In this document: piece by piece, positions 54,536 to 64,000 of the stretch | How positions within the stretch are numbered: position 1 is the first letter of the stretch | Layout of the letters: each line of letters begins with the position of its first letter | Assembly: GCA_943354385.1 (NCBI GenBank) | Contig: CALRBR010000001.1 | Span: 2,942-66,941, forward strand | Length of the DNA: 64,000 nt | Source: Candidatus Tayloriibacteriota bacterium | Lineage (GTDB): Bacteria > Patescibacteriota > Minisyncoccia > Phycocordibacterales > PALSA-1337 | Direction: 5' to 3' | Notes under the pieces: generated by a model | What the model was told of the DNA's origin: nothing | Databases searched by the model: none | Seen by the model: only the letters and a program-made list of their open reading frames with translations | Made by a program: the position numbers and the translations under genes

Positions 54536-55744
54536 ATGAAACAGGTATATCTGGATAATGCTTCGATTACTCCCACCGATAAAAGGGTGTTAAGGGTGAT
54601 GAAAAAATACTATGGAGCGGAATATGGCAATCCGTCATCTATTCACAGTGTCGGGGTAAAAGCGAAGATTGTGGTAGAAGAAGCCCGCAAAAAGTGTGCT
54701 CACTTTTTGCGGGCCCATGCTGACGAAATTATTTTTACCGCGTCCGGTACGGAGGCGAATGTTTTGGCGATCGAGGGTACGGTGCGAAAGCTTTTTGAAA
54801 GTGGCCGAGCCTATGACGACATGCATATTATTACTTCGAGGGTTGAGCATCAGTCTATTTTGGAACCGGTAGCATATCTAGCACGTCTTGGGGTACAAGT
54901 AGATTATGTTGGGGTGGATCAAATGGGTCTTTTTGATCTCGTTGATTTGAAAAACAAACTTCGACCAGAGACGGTACTGGTATCACTCATGATGGTGAAT
55001 AATGAAATAGGTGCGATACAGCCGATTCGAGAGATTGCAAAAGTGATCCGACGTTTTTGTACTCACGACTCAGGACCTACAACTTTCGAATCAGGTATTT
55101 TGAACCCAAAACCCATTCTCCATACTGACGCTAGCCAGGCGCCACTTTACCTGGAGCTCGATACGAATATACTCGGGGTAGATATGATTACTCTCGACGG
55201 GCACAAGGTTTATGGGCCAAAGGGCATCGGTATGCTGTATATAAAGAGAGGTGAAGAGCTCGCGCCGATCATCTCTGGTGGTGGGCAGGAAAGTGGTCTG
55301 CGCTCGGGTACTGAAAATGTTCCGGCGATTGCAGGCCTTGCTGTCGCATTTGAAATCGCCGAAAAAGAAAGAGGAAAAGAATCTGCGCGACTTACTATTC
55401 TACGTGAGCTAGCTATCTCAAATATTATTTCTGAAATCCCTGGAGCAGTTTTAAACGGAGATAAAATTCATCGATTATCAAATAATATAAATATCTCTAT
55501 TCCCAATATCGACGCAGAATTTTTGGTTCTTCAGCTCGATGCTCGAGGGATATCTTGCTCGACAAAAAGTTCTTGTCTCAAAGATGAAAGCGAATCGTAT
55601 GTGATACGGGAGCTTGGGGGTGAACATTGGCGAGCCAAAAATTCTATTCGTCTTTCCATTGGCCGAAAAACAACAAAAAGCGATGTTGAGTATGTGGTAA
55701 AGGAGTTGGTGAAGGCGGTGCGGAAGCAGAATATTAAAAAGTAG
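54536..55744 (+). CDS. cysteine desulfurase (class V aminotransferase, IscS/NifS family)
   Basis: VYLDNASITP N-terminus. The PLP-lysine motif ITLDGHKVYGPKGIGMLYIKRG matches SGHKIYGPKGIGALYVRR. The start is moved to ATG 54536. Confidence 0.8.
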   Translation: MKQVYLDNASITPTDKRVLRVMKKYYGAEYGNPSSIHSVGVKAKIVVEEARKKCAHFLRAHADEIIFTASGTEANVLAIEGTVRKLFESGRAYDDMHIITSRVEHQSILEPVAYLARLGVQVDYVGVDQMGLFDLVDLKNKLRPETVLVSLMMVNNEIGAIQPIREIAKVIRRFCTHDSGPTTFESGILNPKPILHTDASQAPLYLELDTNILGVDMITLDGHKVYGPKGIGMLYIKRGEELAPIISGGGQESGLRSGTENVPAIAGLAVAFEIAEKERGKESARLTILRELAISNIISEIPGAVLNGDKIHRLSNNINISIPNIDAEFLVLQLDARGISCSTKSSCLKDESESYVIRELGGEHWRAKNSIRLSIGRKTTKSDVEYVVKELVKAVRKQNIKK

Positions 55745-55789
55745 TACATTTCCCTTGCACTTCGCTCCCCACTACTCTATTATAGTGGT

Positions 55790-56650
55790 ATGGAAGATCT
55801 CACAAAACAACAAGTTGTACTGCTTACACTTTTGGTGAGCATCATCACTTCTATTGCGACCGGTATTGTGACGGTTTCTCTCATGGATCAAGCACCGACT
55901 GGTGCTACTCATGTGATCAATCGTGTGATTGAAAAAACGGTAGAAAAAGTAATTCCGGCACAACAGGGTGCTGCAGTGATTACAAAAGAAACCATAATAG
56001 TGAAGACTGAGGACCAAGCGGTAGCAGTAGTAGAAAACATTACACCGAGTTTGGTAAAAATCTTTTCTAAAACCGAATCAACCGCAAAAGAGGTGTTTGT
56101 GGGGATGGGGCTGGTGATTTCGAGAGATGGCGTGATTGTAACAGATGGCACCCTTGTCTCGGCTACTGGTGGTGAGTATGTGATCGTAACTTCTACAGGT
56201 ACTAGGCACATGGTGTCTTCAGTACAGATCGAAAAAGATACTTTGGTCGCACGACTTATAGCCTCGAGTACTCCACTGGTGTCTGTAGATTTAGCCACTT
56301 CAACAAAACAAATTAAATCTGTGGTCTGGAAGCCAGCTGTTTTGGCAGGAAGTGAAGGGCTAAAACTCGGTCAAAGCATTATTACTCTGAGTGGAAGTGA
56401 AAATCTATCAGTATCACTGGGTAATATAAGAGCATTACAGGAAAAAGAAAATGTCGCTGGTGTAAAAGAAATTACATCAATACAAGTGAACGCTGATTCG
56501 TATGACGCAGTAACTGGCGGACCACTACTCAACCTCTCTGGTGAGGTGATAGGTCTCAAAGTTTCTCTCGGGGTGGACGGCACAAAGGATTATTATGTAC
56601 CGGTGAGTAGTATCAAAAGTCTAATTACAAGTTCTTCGAAAAAGCCTTAA
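55790..56650 (+). CDS. membrane-anchored trypsin-fold (HtrA-like) domain protein with substituted catalytic residues
   Basis: GMGLVISRDGVIVTDGTLV (where HtrA has ...TNNHVV) and DAVTGGPLLNLSGEVIGLKVS (where HtrA has GNSGGPLVNLNGEVIGIN). Both the His and the Ser positions are replaced. Confidence 0.5.
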   Translation: MEDLTKQQVVLLTLLVSIITSIATGIVTVSLMDQAPTGATHVINRVIEKTVEKVIPAQQGAAVITKETIIVKTEDQAVAVVENITPSLVKIFSKTESTAKEVFVGMGLVISRDGVIVTDGTLVSATGGEYVIVTSTGTRHMVSSVQIEKDTLVARLIASSTPLVSVDLATSTKQIKSVVWKPAVLAGSEGLKLGQSIITLSGSENLSVSLGNIRALQEKENVAGVKEITSIQVNADSYDAVTGGPLLNLSGEVIGLKVSLGVDGTKDYYVPVSSIKSLITSSSKKP

Positions 56651-56673
56651 GTAAGGTGTTGAGTTATTCTCCC

Positions 56674-56805
56674 TTTGTAAAGGGAGCACTTCACTACTGT
56701 GAAGGAGGGATTTCCTCAGTACTCAAAATCCTCCGCTCTCTATGGGGCACCGAGTCGATCGTTTGTGATCGACACCTGTAGACGGCCCTTAGGAAAGGAG
56801 GAATT
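56674..56805. repeat. modular hairpin repeat cluster R5
   Basis: attctccctttgtaaagggagcac, ggagggatttcctcagtactcaaaatcctcc, gtcgatcgtttgtgatcgacacctgtagacgg, ccttaggaaaggaggaat. Confidence 0.75.
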
Positions 56806-56853
56806 GAATACTCTACCCTTGCCGACACTAGACATTTAATGTATAAATAAACT

Positions 56854-59532
56854 ATGCCTCCATTCAATCATTTTACAACTAAAGCCAAAGAAGCCATCAG
56901 ACGAGCTCATGAGCTTGCCATAGAACGTGGCCAAAATCATGTCAGTCCGATGCACCTCCTTCTTTCCCTTATCTTACAGGAAGAAAGTATGGTCAACTCT
57001 ATCCTCGAAAAGCTCGAAGTGGATACTATCTTGTTGACAGACTCTATTCTTGAGACTATCGAAGCACCCCAGACTTCACAGACAGTTTCGCAATCATACC
57101 AGATATTTCTCACCCCTGACTTAGCTCAGATTATTGAGAACGCAAGCAAGGTGGCAGCAACCCTAAAGGATGAGTTTATCTCTACTGAACATCTCTTTAT
57201 ATCTATTTTTGACGTGGCTGGTGCGACACGTGATTTGGTGGGTAAATTTAAAATTGACCGCTCAGCTATCATTCGTGTAATCGATGAGCTCAAAACAAGT
57301 AAGGTGGCCGAAGTAGTACATCCAAAAAAGTTTCGAACACTTTCAAAGTATGCTAGAAGTCTCACCAAGCTTGCCAAGGAAAATAAACTCGATCCAGTCA
57401 TAGGTCGGGACAATGAAATTCTTCGTATCATTCAAATACTTTCTCGTCGTACTAAAAATAATCCGATATTAATCGGTGAAGCTGGCGTGGGAAAAACCGC
57501 TATTGTCGAGGGGCTAGCAATCCGTATCGCTATGGGTGACGTACCCGAGTCTCTCAAAGACAAGGAGCTCGTGTCACTCGATCTAGGCTCACTTATTGCG
57601 GGTACTAAATATCGCGGAGAATTTGAGGAGCGTCTCAAGAACATTTTGAAAGAAATCGAAAAATCGGACGGTAAGATTATTCTTTTTATTGATGAGATTC
57701 ACACTCTTGTCGGTGCAGGAGCTTCTGAGGGTTCAATGGATGCGTCAAATATGCTAAAGCCAGCACTCGCTAGGGGTGAGCTCCGTGCTATCGGTGCGAC
57801 CACTCTCAAAGAATATCAGAAACATATTGAAAAAGACCCTGCACTTACTCGCCGTTTTCAGCCGGTCTATGTCAACGAACCGTCACTTGAGGATGCCACT
57901 GCTATTTTGCGAGGGCTGAAAGAAAAATACGAACTATTCCACGGCGTGCATATTACCGACGACGCTATTTTGTCAGCGGTCAATCTAAGTAGTCGATATA
58001 TCACGGATCGATTTTTACCTGATAAAACAGTAGACCTTATTGATGAGGCGTCTTCGGCATTAAAAATATCTCTTGAAAATATGCCTCCTGTACTCGAAGA
58101 AACTCGCCGAAAAGTATTGCGTCTTGAGATAGAGCGAGAGTCTCTCAAAAAGGAAACAGGTAAGGTGGCAAAAGCACGCACAGCAAAAATAGACAAAGAA
58201 ATCGCCGATCACAAAGAACAGACCAGCGAGCTTGAGCTAAAATGGAAAAATGAAAAGGCGACAATTGCTGAAATAAAAGATATCAAAAAAGAATTAGAAA
58301 AACTACGTCTGGAGGCTGAGTCTGCTGAAGCGCACGTAGATCTAGCAAAAGCAGCGGAAATACGGTATGGCAAAATTCCCGCACTCGAAAAGGATCTCGA
58401 TTTAAAAGCCAAGCGCCTCAAAAAACTTCAGAGCTCTCGTCGTATCCTCAAAGAGGAAATCAACGAGCAAGATATTGCTGATGTTGTATCTCGCTGGACA
58501 GGTATTCCAGTATCCCGAATGCTCGAGGAGGAGGCGGTCAAGCTCACTCGCATGGAAGAGGATTTGAAAAAGCGTATCGTTGGTCAAAATGAAGCGGTCA
58601 AAAAGATCGCCGATACCATCAAACGTTCCCGGGCAGGTATTGCAGATCCCAATCGGCCGATCGGCTCGTTTATGTTTCTTGGTCCGACTGGTGTGGGTAA
58701 AACTGAACTTACGAAAGCTCTCGCTGAGTTCCTTTTCAATGATGAAAAATCACTTGTACGTATAGATATGTCTGAATATATGGAAAAGCATTCGGTTTCA
58801 AAGCTCGTCGGTGCGCCTCCAGGTTATGTTGGACACGATGAGGGTGGAGGACTCACAGAGATTGTACGACATCGACCGTACTCAGTGATTCTCTTTGATG
58901 AAATAGAAAAGGCACATCCAGAGGTGTTTAACATACTTTTACAGGTGCTCGATAACGGCCGATTGACTGATGCAAAGGGGCGAGTGGTAAACTTTAAAAA
59001 CAGTGTCATAATCATGACCTCAAATATCGGTGCCCAGTATATTCAAAGAATGGAAAAAATGGGTTTTGGCCATAGTAATGACGAAAAGAAAAATTATGAT
59101 GATGTAAAGACAAAGGTGACGAACAATCTCAAGGATTATTTCCGTCCAGAGTTTTTAAACCGTATTGATGACATTATTATCTTTGATATTCTTTCTCCTC
59201 ACGCGGTGGCAGATATCGTAAAGATTCAGGTGGAACTGGTAAAAGAACGTCTTGCCCTAAAAGAGATTTCGCTTGAGGTGACGCCAGAAGTCTTGGCGTA
59301 TCTTGCAAAAGAAGGATATGATCCCCAGTACGGTGCCCGACCACTCAAGCGACTCATACAAAATAAAATACTGACTCCAGTCGCATCTCTCATGGTTTCT
59401 CGTGGAGTGATGCAGGGAGGAACTATCGCAGTGACCCTCAAGGGTGAAGAATTTATGTTTGAGGTAAAAAAAGTAAAAAAGAATGGTAGGGAAGTGAGGG
59501 TTTTTGAGAGTAAGGAAACGGTGAGAGCATAA
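56854..59532 (+). CDS. clpB: ATP-dependent chaperone ClpB
   Basis: Clp_N repeats. Two AAA+ modules ([15 protein letters not shown]; [15 protein letters not shown]) separated by a long coiled-coil M-domain. C-terminal ClpB_D2-small domain. Confidence 0.9.
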   Translation: MPPFNHFTTKAKEAIRRAHELAIERGQNHVSPMHLLLSLILQEESMVNSILEKLEVDTILLTDSILETIEAPQTSQTVSQSYQIFLTPDLAQIIENASKVAATLKDEFISTEHLFISIFDVAGATRDLVGKFKIDRSAIIRVIDELKTSKVAEVVHPKKFRTLSKYARSLTKLAKENKLDPVIGRDNEILRIIQILSRRTKNNPILIGEAGVGKTAIVEGLAIRIAMGDVPESLKDKELVSLDLGSLIAGTKYRGEFEERLKNILKEIEKSDGKIILFIDEIHTLVGAGASEGSMDASNMLKPALARGELRAIGATTLKEYQKHIEKDPALTRRFQPVYVNEPSLEDATAILRGLKEKYELFHGVHITDDAILSAVNLSSRYITDRFLPDKTVDLIDEASSALKISLENMPPVLEETRRKVLRLEIERESLKKETGKVAKARTAKIDKEIADHKEQTSELELKWKNEKATIAEIKDIKKELEKLRLEAESAEAHVDLAKAAEIRYGKIPALEKDLDLKAKRLKKLQSSRRILKEEINEQDIADVVSRWTGIPVSRMLEEEAVKLTRMEEDLKKRIVGQNEAVKKIADTIKRSRAGIADPNRPIGSFMFLGPTGVGKTELTKALAEFLFNDEKSLVRIDMSEYMEKHSVSKLVGAPPGYVGHDEGGGLTEIVRHRPYSVILFDEIEKAHPEVFNILLQVLDNGRLTDAKGRVVNFKNSVIIMTSNIGAQYIQRMEKMGFGHSNDEKKNYDDVKTKVTNNLKDYFRPEFLNRIDDIIIFDILSPHAVADIVKIQVELVKERLALKEISLEVTPEVLAYLAKEGYDPQYGARPLKRLIQNKILTPVASLMVSRGVMQGGTIAVTLKGEEFMFEVKKVKKNGREVRVFESKETVRA

Positions 59533-59580
59533 AAGTGGAATTTAGCTAAAAAGTGTGCTATTTTAGTATGGTGCACTTTT

Positions 59581-59665
59581 GCGCCGGTCGAATAGCGGCC
59601 ATTTCAGGAGACTGTAAATCTCCCGCCTTCGGGCATCGTCGGTTCGAGTCCGACCCGGCGCACCA
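59581..59665 (+). tRNA. tRNA-Tyr(GTA), type II, encoded CCA
   Basis: GCGCCGG acceptor. Anticodon stem-loop GGAGA-CTGTAAA-TCTCC. Long variable arm CCGCCTTCGGGC. T-arm GTCGG-TTCGAGT-CCGAC. Then ACCA. Confidence 0.85.
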
Positions 59666-59667
59666 AA

Positions 59668-59693
59668 TAAAAAAACACCCTAAGGTGTTTTTT
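59668..59693 (+). terminator. rho-independent terminator after tRNA-Tyr
   Basis: aaaaaaacaccc-taa-ggtgttttttt. Confidence 0.75.
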
Positions 59694-59697
59694 TATT

Positions 59698-59849
59698 TGC
59701 GCCCGGAGAAACTGCTGGGGAGCAGTTTTGTGTTGGGCTTGAAGCCTCGCTGAGTACTTTTTTGAGTGTACTCATGAAGAAAAAGTCCAGCGACGGGGAC
59801 TGAAACTGTAAGTTTCGAGAAATGTAATCATGGTCCGACCCGGCACCCA
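59698..59849 (+). repeat. tRNA-trailer element F; bounded by a 17-nt near-duplicate of the tRNA-Tyr 3' end
   Basis: gtccgacccggcaccca at 59833-59849 matches gtccgacccggcgcacca at 59648-59665. The module GAAGCCTCGCTGAGTACTTTTTTGAGTGTACTCATGAAGAAAAAGTCCAGCGA (59739-59795) is shared with element E. Confidence 0.7.
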
Positions 59850-59892
59850 GTATTTTATTTTTCTTTCCCCGTGCTATAGTAATCTCATCTTT

Positions 59893-60732
59893 ATGAAAAC
59901 AAATTACTGCTATCTGAACGGAAAAATACTGCCAGTCCAAGACGCTATGGTTTCAGTGTACGATATCGGATTGCTTCGAGGATATGGTATCTATGAAGGT
60001 ATTACTACTTATAAAAACAAGCCATTTCGGCTTGCGGATCATCTGGCACGTTTCCGTTCGTCCGCAAAGGAACTCGATCTCGCGATTCCATCTTCTGATG
60101 AGGAAATAGAAAAAGCAGTCCTATCCTTGGTTGAAAAAAACGGTTTCGAGAGGACAAATTTACGTGTAATTCTCACTGGCGGAAACACAATTGCTGGGAT
60201 TGAGTTTGATGCAGATAAACCAACTTTCTATATTCTTGCAGAGGAGTATAAATCATTACCGAGTGAGATGTATGCTTCCGGTGCATCTCTCATTACTCAC
60301 GAGCACCAGCGAGCCTTACCAGAATACAAGACGATAAATTACATCACTGCAGTACAGGTACAGAATGAACGAAAGGCAAAAGGTGCTATTGAAGTGCTCT
60401 ATGTTTCAAACGGTAAAGTTCTTGAGGCTGCGACAAGTAATATTTTTATAGTAAAAGACGGTGTGGTAATTACGCCTAAAAATAATGTATTGGCTGGCAT
60501 TACTCGTAATGTGGTGATTGAAGTTGCTCAGAAAAAATATAAAGTGATTGAAAGGGAAGTGACCATCACTGATCTTTTGTATGCCGACGAAGTTTTTCTA
60601 ACGGCGAGTTATAAAGAAATCGTTCCAATAGTAGAGATTGACGGTAAAAGGATTGCTCAAGGAAGTGTCGGCAAGGTGACGCTGGTACTGATGAAAGATT
60701 TTCAAGAATATACCGAAAAAGGTGACTGGTAG
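59893..60732 (+). CDS. class IV aminotransferase (branched-chain / D-amino-acid aminotransferase family)
   Basis: LRGYGIYEGI, ERTNLRVILTGG, ATSNIFIVKDGVVITP and VLAGITR are class IV AT hallmarks. The start is moved to ATG 59893 (MKTNYCYL). Confidence 0.8.
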   Translation: MKTNYCYLNGKILPVQDAMVSVYDIGLLRGYGIYEGITTYKNKPFRLADHLARFRSSAKELDLAIPSSDEEIEKAVLSLVEKNGFERTNLRVILTGGNTIAGIEFDADKPTFYILAEEYKSLPSEMYASGASLITHEHQRALPEYKTINYITAVQVQNERKAKGAIEVLYVSNGKVLEAATSNIFIVKDGVVITPKNNVLAGITRNVVIEVAQKKYKVIEREVTITDLLYADEVFLTASYKEIVPIVEIDGKRIAQGSVGKVTLVLMKDFQEYTEKGDW

Positions 60733-60788
60733 GCAGAACAGTTGATTTTTCTAACTATATGCGGTAGACTATACCGACAAATAAATTT

Positions 60789-60953
60789 ATGTCACAAGAC
60801 CGACTATTAAGACTAAAGTGTAAGGATTGCAAGGAGGCAAACTATTACACCTCAAAAAATAAGAAACTCGTTGAGCGAAAAATCGAGCTCAAGAAGTTTT
60901 GTAAAACATGTAAGAAGACAACGATGCACAAGGAAGCGAAGATTACGGGGTAG
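60789..60953 (+). CDS. rpmG: ribosomal protein bL33 (54 aa; below the ORF-track length cutoff)
   Basis: Translated by hand: MSQDRLLRLKCKDCKEANYYTSKNKKLVERKIELKKFCKTCKKTTMHKEAKITG. The YxTxKNK...ELKKF...H.EAKI pattern matches L33. A terminator follows. Confidence 0.7.
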   Translation: MSQDRLLRLKCKDCKEANYYTSKNKKLVERKIELKKFCKTCKKTTMHKEAKITG

Positions 60954-60970
60954 GGAGGGGAGACGATTAC

Positions 60971-60997
60971 AAAAAAACCGCCTAGGCGGTTTTTTTG
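60971..60997 (+). terminator. rho-independent terminator after rpmG
   Basis: aaaaaaaccgcc-ta-ggcggttttttt. Confidence 0.8.
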
Positions 60998-60999
60998 TT

Positions 61000-61435
61000 G
61001 TCTTATAAATATGAATGCGGGCCCACCTAGACTCCTGGGGAACCCACGGTTGATAGTCCGCTGAGTACCATCCTTACAGGAGCTGTACACCTTTCGCTCT
61101 CTTTGGAGTACAAAGCGCTCAAGGTCTTGCGAAGCTCCAGGTATTCGCTTCTCACCTTACATGAGTAGTATCCATCGCTGGACTTTTTCTTCGCGAGTAC
61201 ACTTAAAAAAGTACTCAGCGAGGCTTCGAGTCTCAGACACCTCGTAAACCCACGGTTTTCCGACGCTCGTCGGGCTCGCTGCCTTCCTCCACGGGAAAAC
61301 GCCATCTTCCTTACAGGAACTGTACACCTTTCGCTTTTTGAATACAAAATACTCAAGGTCTTGCGAAAGTGTCCCACACTTTCTCACCCGACCCCTTTCC
61401 ATGTCTCATCGTCCATTTGTTCGCTTCGCTCTCTG
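61000..61435 (-). repeat. tRNA-trailer composite element E (3' of tRNA-Trp on the - strand), with an interrupted core and two ~62-nt internal direct repeats
   Basis: On the - strand: GGAAAGGGGTCGGG (61386-61399 on +) ... inserted unit ... GGCGTTTTCCCGTGGAGGAAGG. Units are at 61062-61124 and 61301-61360. The module shared with element F is at 61184-61240. tgcgggccc at 61016-61024 duplicates the tRNA-Trp 3' end. Confidence 0.7.
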
Positions 61436-61507
61436 CGGGCCCGCTGAGACTCGAACTCAGAACTTCAGTTTTGGAGACCGATGTTTTACCATTGAAACTA
61501 CAGGCCC
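61436..61507 (-). tRNA. tRNA-Trp(CCA)
   Basis: The reverse complement is GGGCCTGTAGTTTCAATGGTAAAACATCGGTCTCCAAAACTGAAGTTCTGAGTTCGAGTCTCAGCGGGCCCG. Anticodon loop CTCCAAA. T-arm CTGAG-TTCGAGT-CTCAG. Confidence 0.85.
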
Positions 61508-61723
61508 AGTAGGGCAATCATAGCATGTATTTGCTCTGTATCACAAGGGATATTTTACTAAATGGCTCATTAGAAGCCTATTTTGAGTAAATAAGGGAGC
61601 TGTCCTTGACTTTATAATTCAAGTATGCTATATTTAGGTTTGACAACACAGGGTCGGAGGATCCTGATTTTTGTTGGCTCATTGTCAGTTCATGTCGGTA
61701 AACGTTGTTTGAAGAAAAAGCCT

Positions 61724-61939
61724 ATGAAAAAATCGCTGTTGGCGCTGGGAACCATTGTGTTCCTGGCAATAATCGTTCTGATCGCCCGAAAGCATCAGAC
61801 GAAGCCACCCATCGCACTGGCCCAGCCCGCAAAGATTGCGGTCGGCAAGGGCGAATACATGCGGCCGCAGCGGACGAATTCCGTCCCGGCTCAAAACGGT
61901 CCGGTGGAGATTCACTCCAAGGTGCGCGTCACGCAGTAA
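61724..61939 (+). CDS. hypothetical small membrane-anchored protein (island 2)
   Basis: Start at MKKSLLALGTIVFLAIIVLIA (TM helix). 71 aa. GC-rich codon usage unlike its neighbours. Confidence 0.35.
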   Translation: MKKSLLALGTIVFLAIIVLIARKHQTKPPIALAQPAKIAVGKGEYMRPQRTNSVPAQNGPVEIHSKVRVTQ

Positions 61940-61996
61940 AAATGTCGGTAAAAGAAATAAACACAGAAACTCGGGAAAACAAAAAGAACTCAGAAA

Positions 61997-63001
61997 ATGA
62001 AAGCAAAACTCCTTGCAGTCCTCACACTGCTCAGTCTCATAACGGTCACTGCCTTCGCGCAGAACGACTTCACCATGATCACCTCGCCGGCCGCATTGCG
62101 GTCTTACGCCTACAGTCAGGTGGCTCGTGGGCAGGTCAGCATTGGCTCGCAGAGCATGTTGAACGGCAGTAAGAACTACGTCAACACCGAACCCCTCTCT
62201 GGAGGGGCCACGGTGGTGATGGACAGTCTGAACTCCCTCGCGGAGTTCAAATACTCGGTGGCGGATGTTCGCGACCCGGTCGGCTACTACGGTTATCTCA
62301 TGAATGAAGAGTGGGACACGCTGTTTAGTGGTGGCCAGCAAGGCAACTTTCAGTTTGACAAGGGACAGGGCCGGTGGGTTGTCCCTCCGGAACTGGAAAA
62401 CCTTAAACTCTCAACGATGGTCTCGCAAGTGCCTATCAAGGTGAAAGGAGTTCTCTCTGCTCGTGTCATTGTTCGCGATGCGAAGGGTAACGTCATCCGT
62501 GACGATTATCTGAATGTGCGGAATGAGAAGGTTTACTATCCTGAGGGTTATACCGAAAGGACTGGGGAAATCATTCTCACTAAGCGCGGTGCTGATGGTT
62601 CAGTCGTTGACGAGGTTTACGACCTCAAGACTGGCCAGCAGAACACGCCGACGTCGGTCTCAAGTCGGGCTTATGTCTCGATTGAAGGAGTGTTGAACTT
62701 TTACAACTCCTCGGTCATGCTGAATCAGCAGCCGAAAGACACATTGTCGATACTCACCGTCACGGTGGAGTCGATGATTGCTGCATTTTCGGCAACTGCT
62801 CCTGGCGGTGAAACTCCTCGAGCCGTGTTGATTCGCAAGTCTGATGGCCAGCGATGGTATCGTCAGGCTATCGAGATTGGCAACATCACCTGCATCAAGA
62901 TCCCTGCCGGCGAATGGCACGTGATCTTCGAATGGATCACGGATGAATATCGGGAACTGCCCATCGTCGAACACTGGGATTACGATGGTGGTCGGGGTTA
63001 A
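61997..63001 (+). CDS. hypothetical secreted protein (island 2)
   Basis: Signal peptide MKAKLLAVLTLLSLITVTAFAQ. 334 aa, beta-rich composition. No motif was recognised. Confidence 0.5.
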   Translation: MKAKLLAVLTLLSLITVTAFAQNDFTMITSPAALRSYAYSQVARGQVSIGSQSMLNGSKNYVNTEPLSGGATVVMDSLNSLAEFKYSVADVRDPVGYYGYLMNEEWDTLFSGGQQGNFQFDKGQGRWVVPPELENLKLSTMVSQVPIKVKGVLSARVIVRDAKGNVIRDDYLNVRNEKVYYPEGYTERTGEIILTKRGADGSVVDEVYDLKTGQQNTPTSVSSRAYVSIEGVLNFYNSSVMLNQQPKDTLSILTVTVESMIAAFSATAPGGETPRAVLIRKSDGQRWYRQAIEIGNITCIKIPAGEWHVIFEWITDEYRELPIVEHWDYDGGRG

Positions 63002-63111
63002 AATCCCAAGAAACAAACGCAAGCTGATGTACGCAAGTGCATCGGCTTTTTTATTTAGATAAATGTTATGTGTTTTTTTATGTTACATACATTCTAGTAC
63101 AATATATCGTA

Positions 63112-64000
63112 CTAGAATGTATGATTCAAAGGCTCAGTCCTTAAAAATAGTTTGACTTCTGTTTCCATTTTTTCCATTTCCCTCGGATTAAACCACTGAA
63201 TTCGTTTATCTTTTCTAAACCATGTCCTTTGTCTTTTCGCATAATGCCAGATTTCAGATAGAAGCTTTTCTTTCATTTCGCTTTCAGAGATTTCTTTTTT
63301 CAGGAAGCTTGCAACAGAGCGGTACTCGAGTCCAAAGGTGTGAAGGCGTTCCCATGAGACTCCTTGCTCGACGAGCTTCTCGACTTCCTCAACCATTCCT
63401 CTAGCCAGTCTTTTTTCTAGACGAGTTTTTATTTTTTCTTTGAGCTCTTCGTCAGGTAAATCGATACCGACTTGGAGAACATTGTGGGGTGAATTGTTGG
63501 AGATTGGAGGTACTTTTCCTAGTGCAGTTGCTATTTCTATAGCACGGATCAGCCGGACCGAGTTTTGAGCGTCTATACTATCAGCACGGTCTGGGTCGAG
63601 AGTTTGTAAGAGAGAAAATAGATCGGCTGGAGTTTTTTTAGATAGTTTCGATCGTAGAGTTTCATTTTGGGACACTTCGACCACAGATACATTATCAATG
63701 ACGTAATGTATATAAAAGCCCGTGCCACCACAAATGATGGGGAGCTTTTTTCTAGAAATAATATCGGCGATGGCTTTTTGGGCGAGAGTTTTAAACTTGT
63801 CTACACTAAAAATATCCTTTGGATCAGCTACATCGAGTAGGTGATGTGAGATGCCACCCATTTCTTCCTTAGTTATTTTCCCACTTCCAATATCTAGACC
63901 TCTATATACCTGACGAGAGTCGGCGCTGATTATTTCGCCATTAAATTTCTGTGCTAATTCTACCGCTAGGTCACTTTTTCCGGTAGCGGTGGGGCCACAT
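63112..64000 (-). CDS. miaA: tRNA dimethylallyltransferase (partial; N-terminus beyond the window end)
   Basis: The reverse-strand reading of 63862-64000 continues in frame with GPTATGKSDLAVELAQKFNGEIISADSRQVYRGLDIGSGKIT (P-loop), upstream of the ORF-track start. The HHLLD motif is present. Confidence 0.85.
   Translation of the reverse strand, partial: CGPTATGKSDLAVELAQKFNGEIISADSRQVYRGLDIGSGKITKEEMGGISHHLLDVADPKDIFSVDKFKTLAQKAIADIISRKKLPIICGGTGFYIHYVIDNVSVVEVSQNETLRSKLSKKTPADLFSLLQTLDPDRADSIDAQNSVRLIRAIEIATALGKVPPISNNSPHNVLQVGIDLPDEELKEKIKTRLEKRLARGMVEEVEKLVEQGVSWERLHTFGLEYRSVASFLKKEISESEMKEKLLSEIWHYAKRQRTWFRKDKRIQWFNPREMEKMETEVKLFLRTEPLNHTF

Larger units (their letters stand above)
61620..63010. 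other. GC-rich island 2 (~55% GC) adjacent to tRNA-Trp, putative horizontally acquired segment
   Basis: Composition shift, read directly. It contains two + strand genes encoding a membrane-anchored and a secreted protein. Confidence 0.55.

Noticed and set aside
61062-61360. Direct repeats in the tRNA-Trp trailer as a mini CRISPR array
   Set aside because: There are only two ~62-nt units, they are ~240 nt apart, and they have no repeat-spacer periodicity. They are part of the modular trailer element.
63086-63123. Hairpin at the island-2 / miaA junction as an intrinsic terminator
   Set aside because: The T-run precedes rather than follows the stem on the + strand. An A-run follows it on the - strand. 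It is not a canonical terminator for either gene, so it is noted only as a boundary inverted repeat.

Overview
This 64-kb window is a chromosomal segment with a compact housekeeping gene set that resembles streamlined, CPR/Patescibacteria-like genomes; that taxonomic placement is inference. It has about 42% GC and short intergenic spacers. Identified genes include murJ, lepA, dinB, murC, rsmI, valS, tsaD, trxB, ftsZ, ftsA, ybeY, rpsU, hisS, lepB, pth, rpsA, gyrA, rbfA, a short infB, a cysteine desulfurase, clpB, a class IV aminotransferase, rpmG and miaA (which runs off the 3' end of the window). Nine tRNA genes are present, plus one tRNA fragment. Most intergenic space is filled by four or more families of modular hairpin repeats. 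Six of the nine tRNAs are followed in the same orientation by composite trailer elements; five of these contain a conserved structured core, and five are bounded by a downstream duplicate of the tRNA 3' terminus (convincingly in four), which looks like an integration-type signature. The accessory highlights are: (i) a roughly 2276-aa secreted protein (signal peptide, two LamG-like domains, YD/RHS repeats, two transglutaminase-like cysteine-protease cores, a Cys-rich region and a C-terminal beta domain) with small membrane-protein partners, bracketed by repeats; (ii) a wHTH/Cas2-fold (PaaX-like) gene flanked by two identical 44-46-bp palindromes; (iii) a tandem array of five divergent small secreted proteins with two transmembrane helices each (VirB2/TrbC-like architecture), sitting behind a solute-binding-like protein; and (iv) two GC-rich islands (about 55-58% GC) next to tRNA genes, one carrying a single-domain CheY-like receiver. 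No rRNA and no CRISPR array were found.
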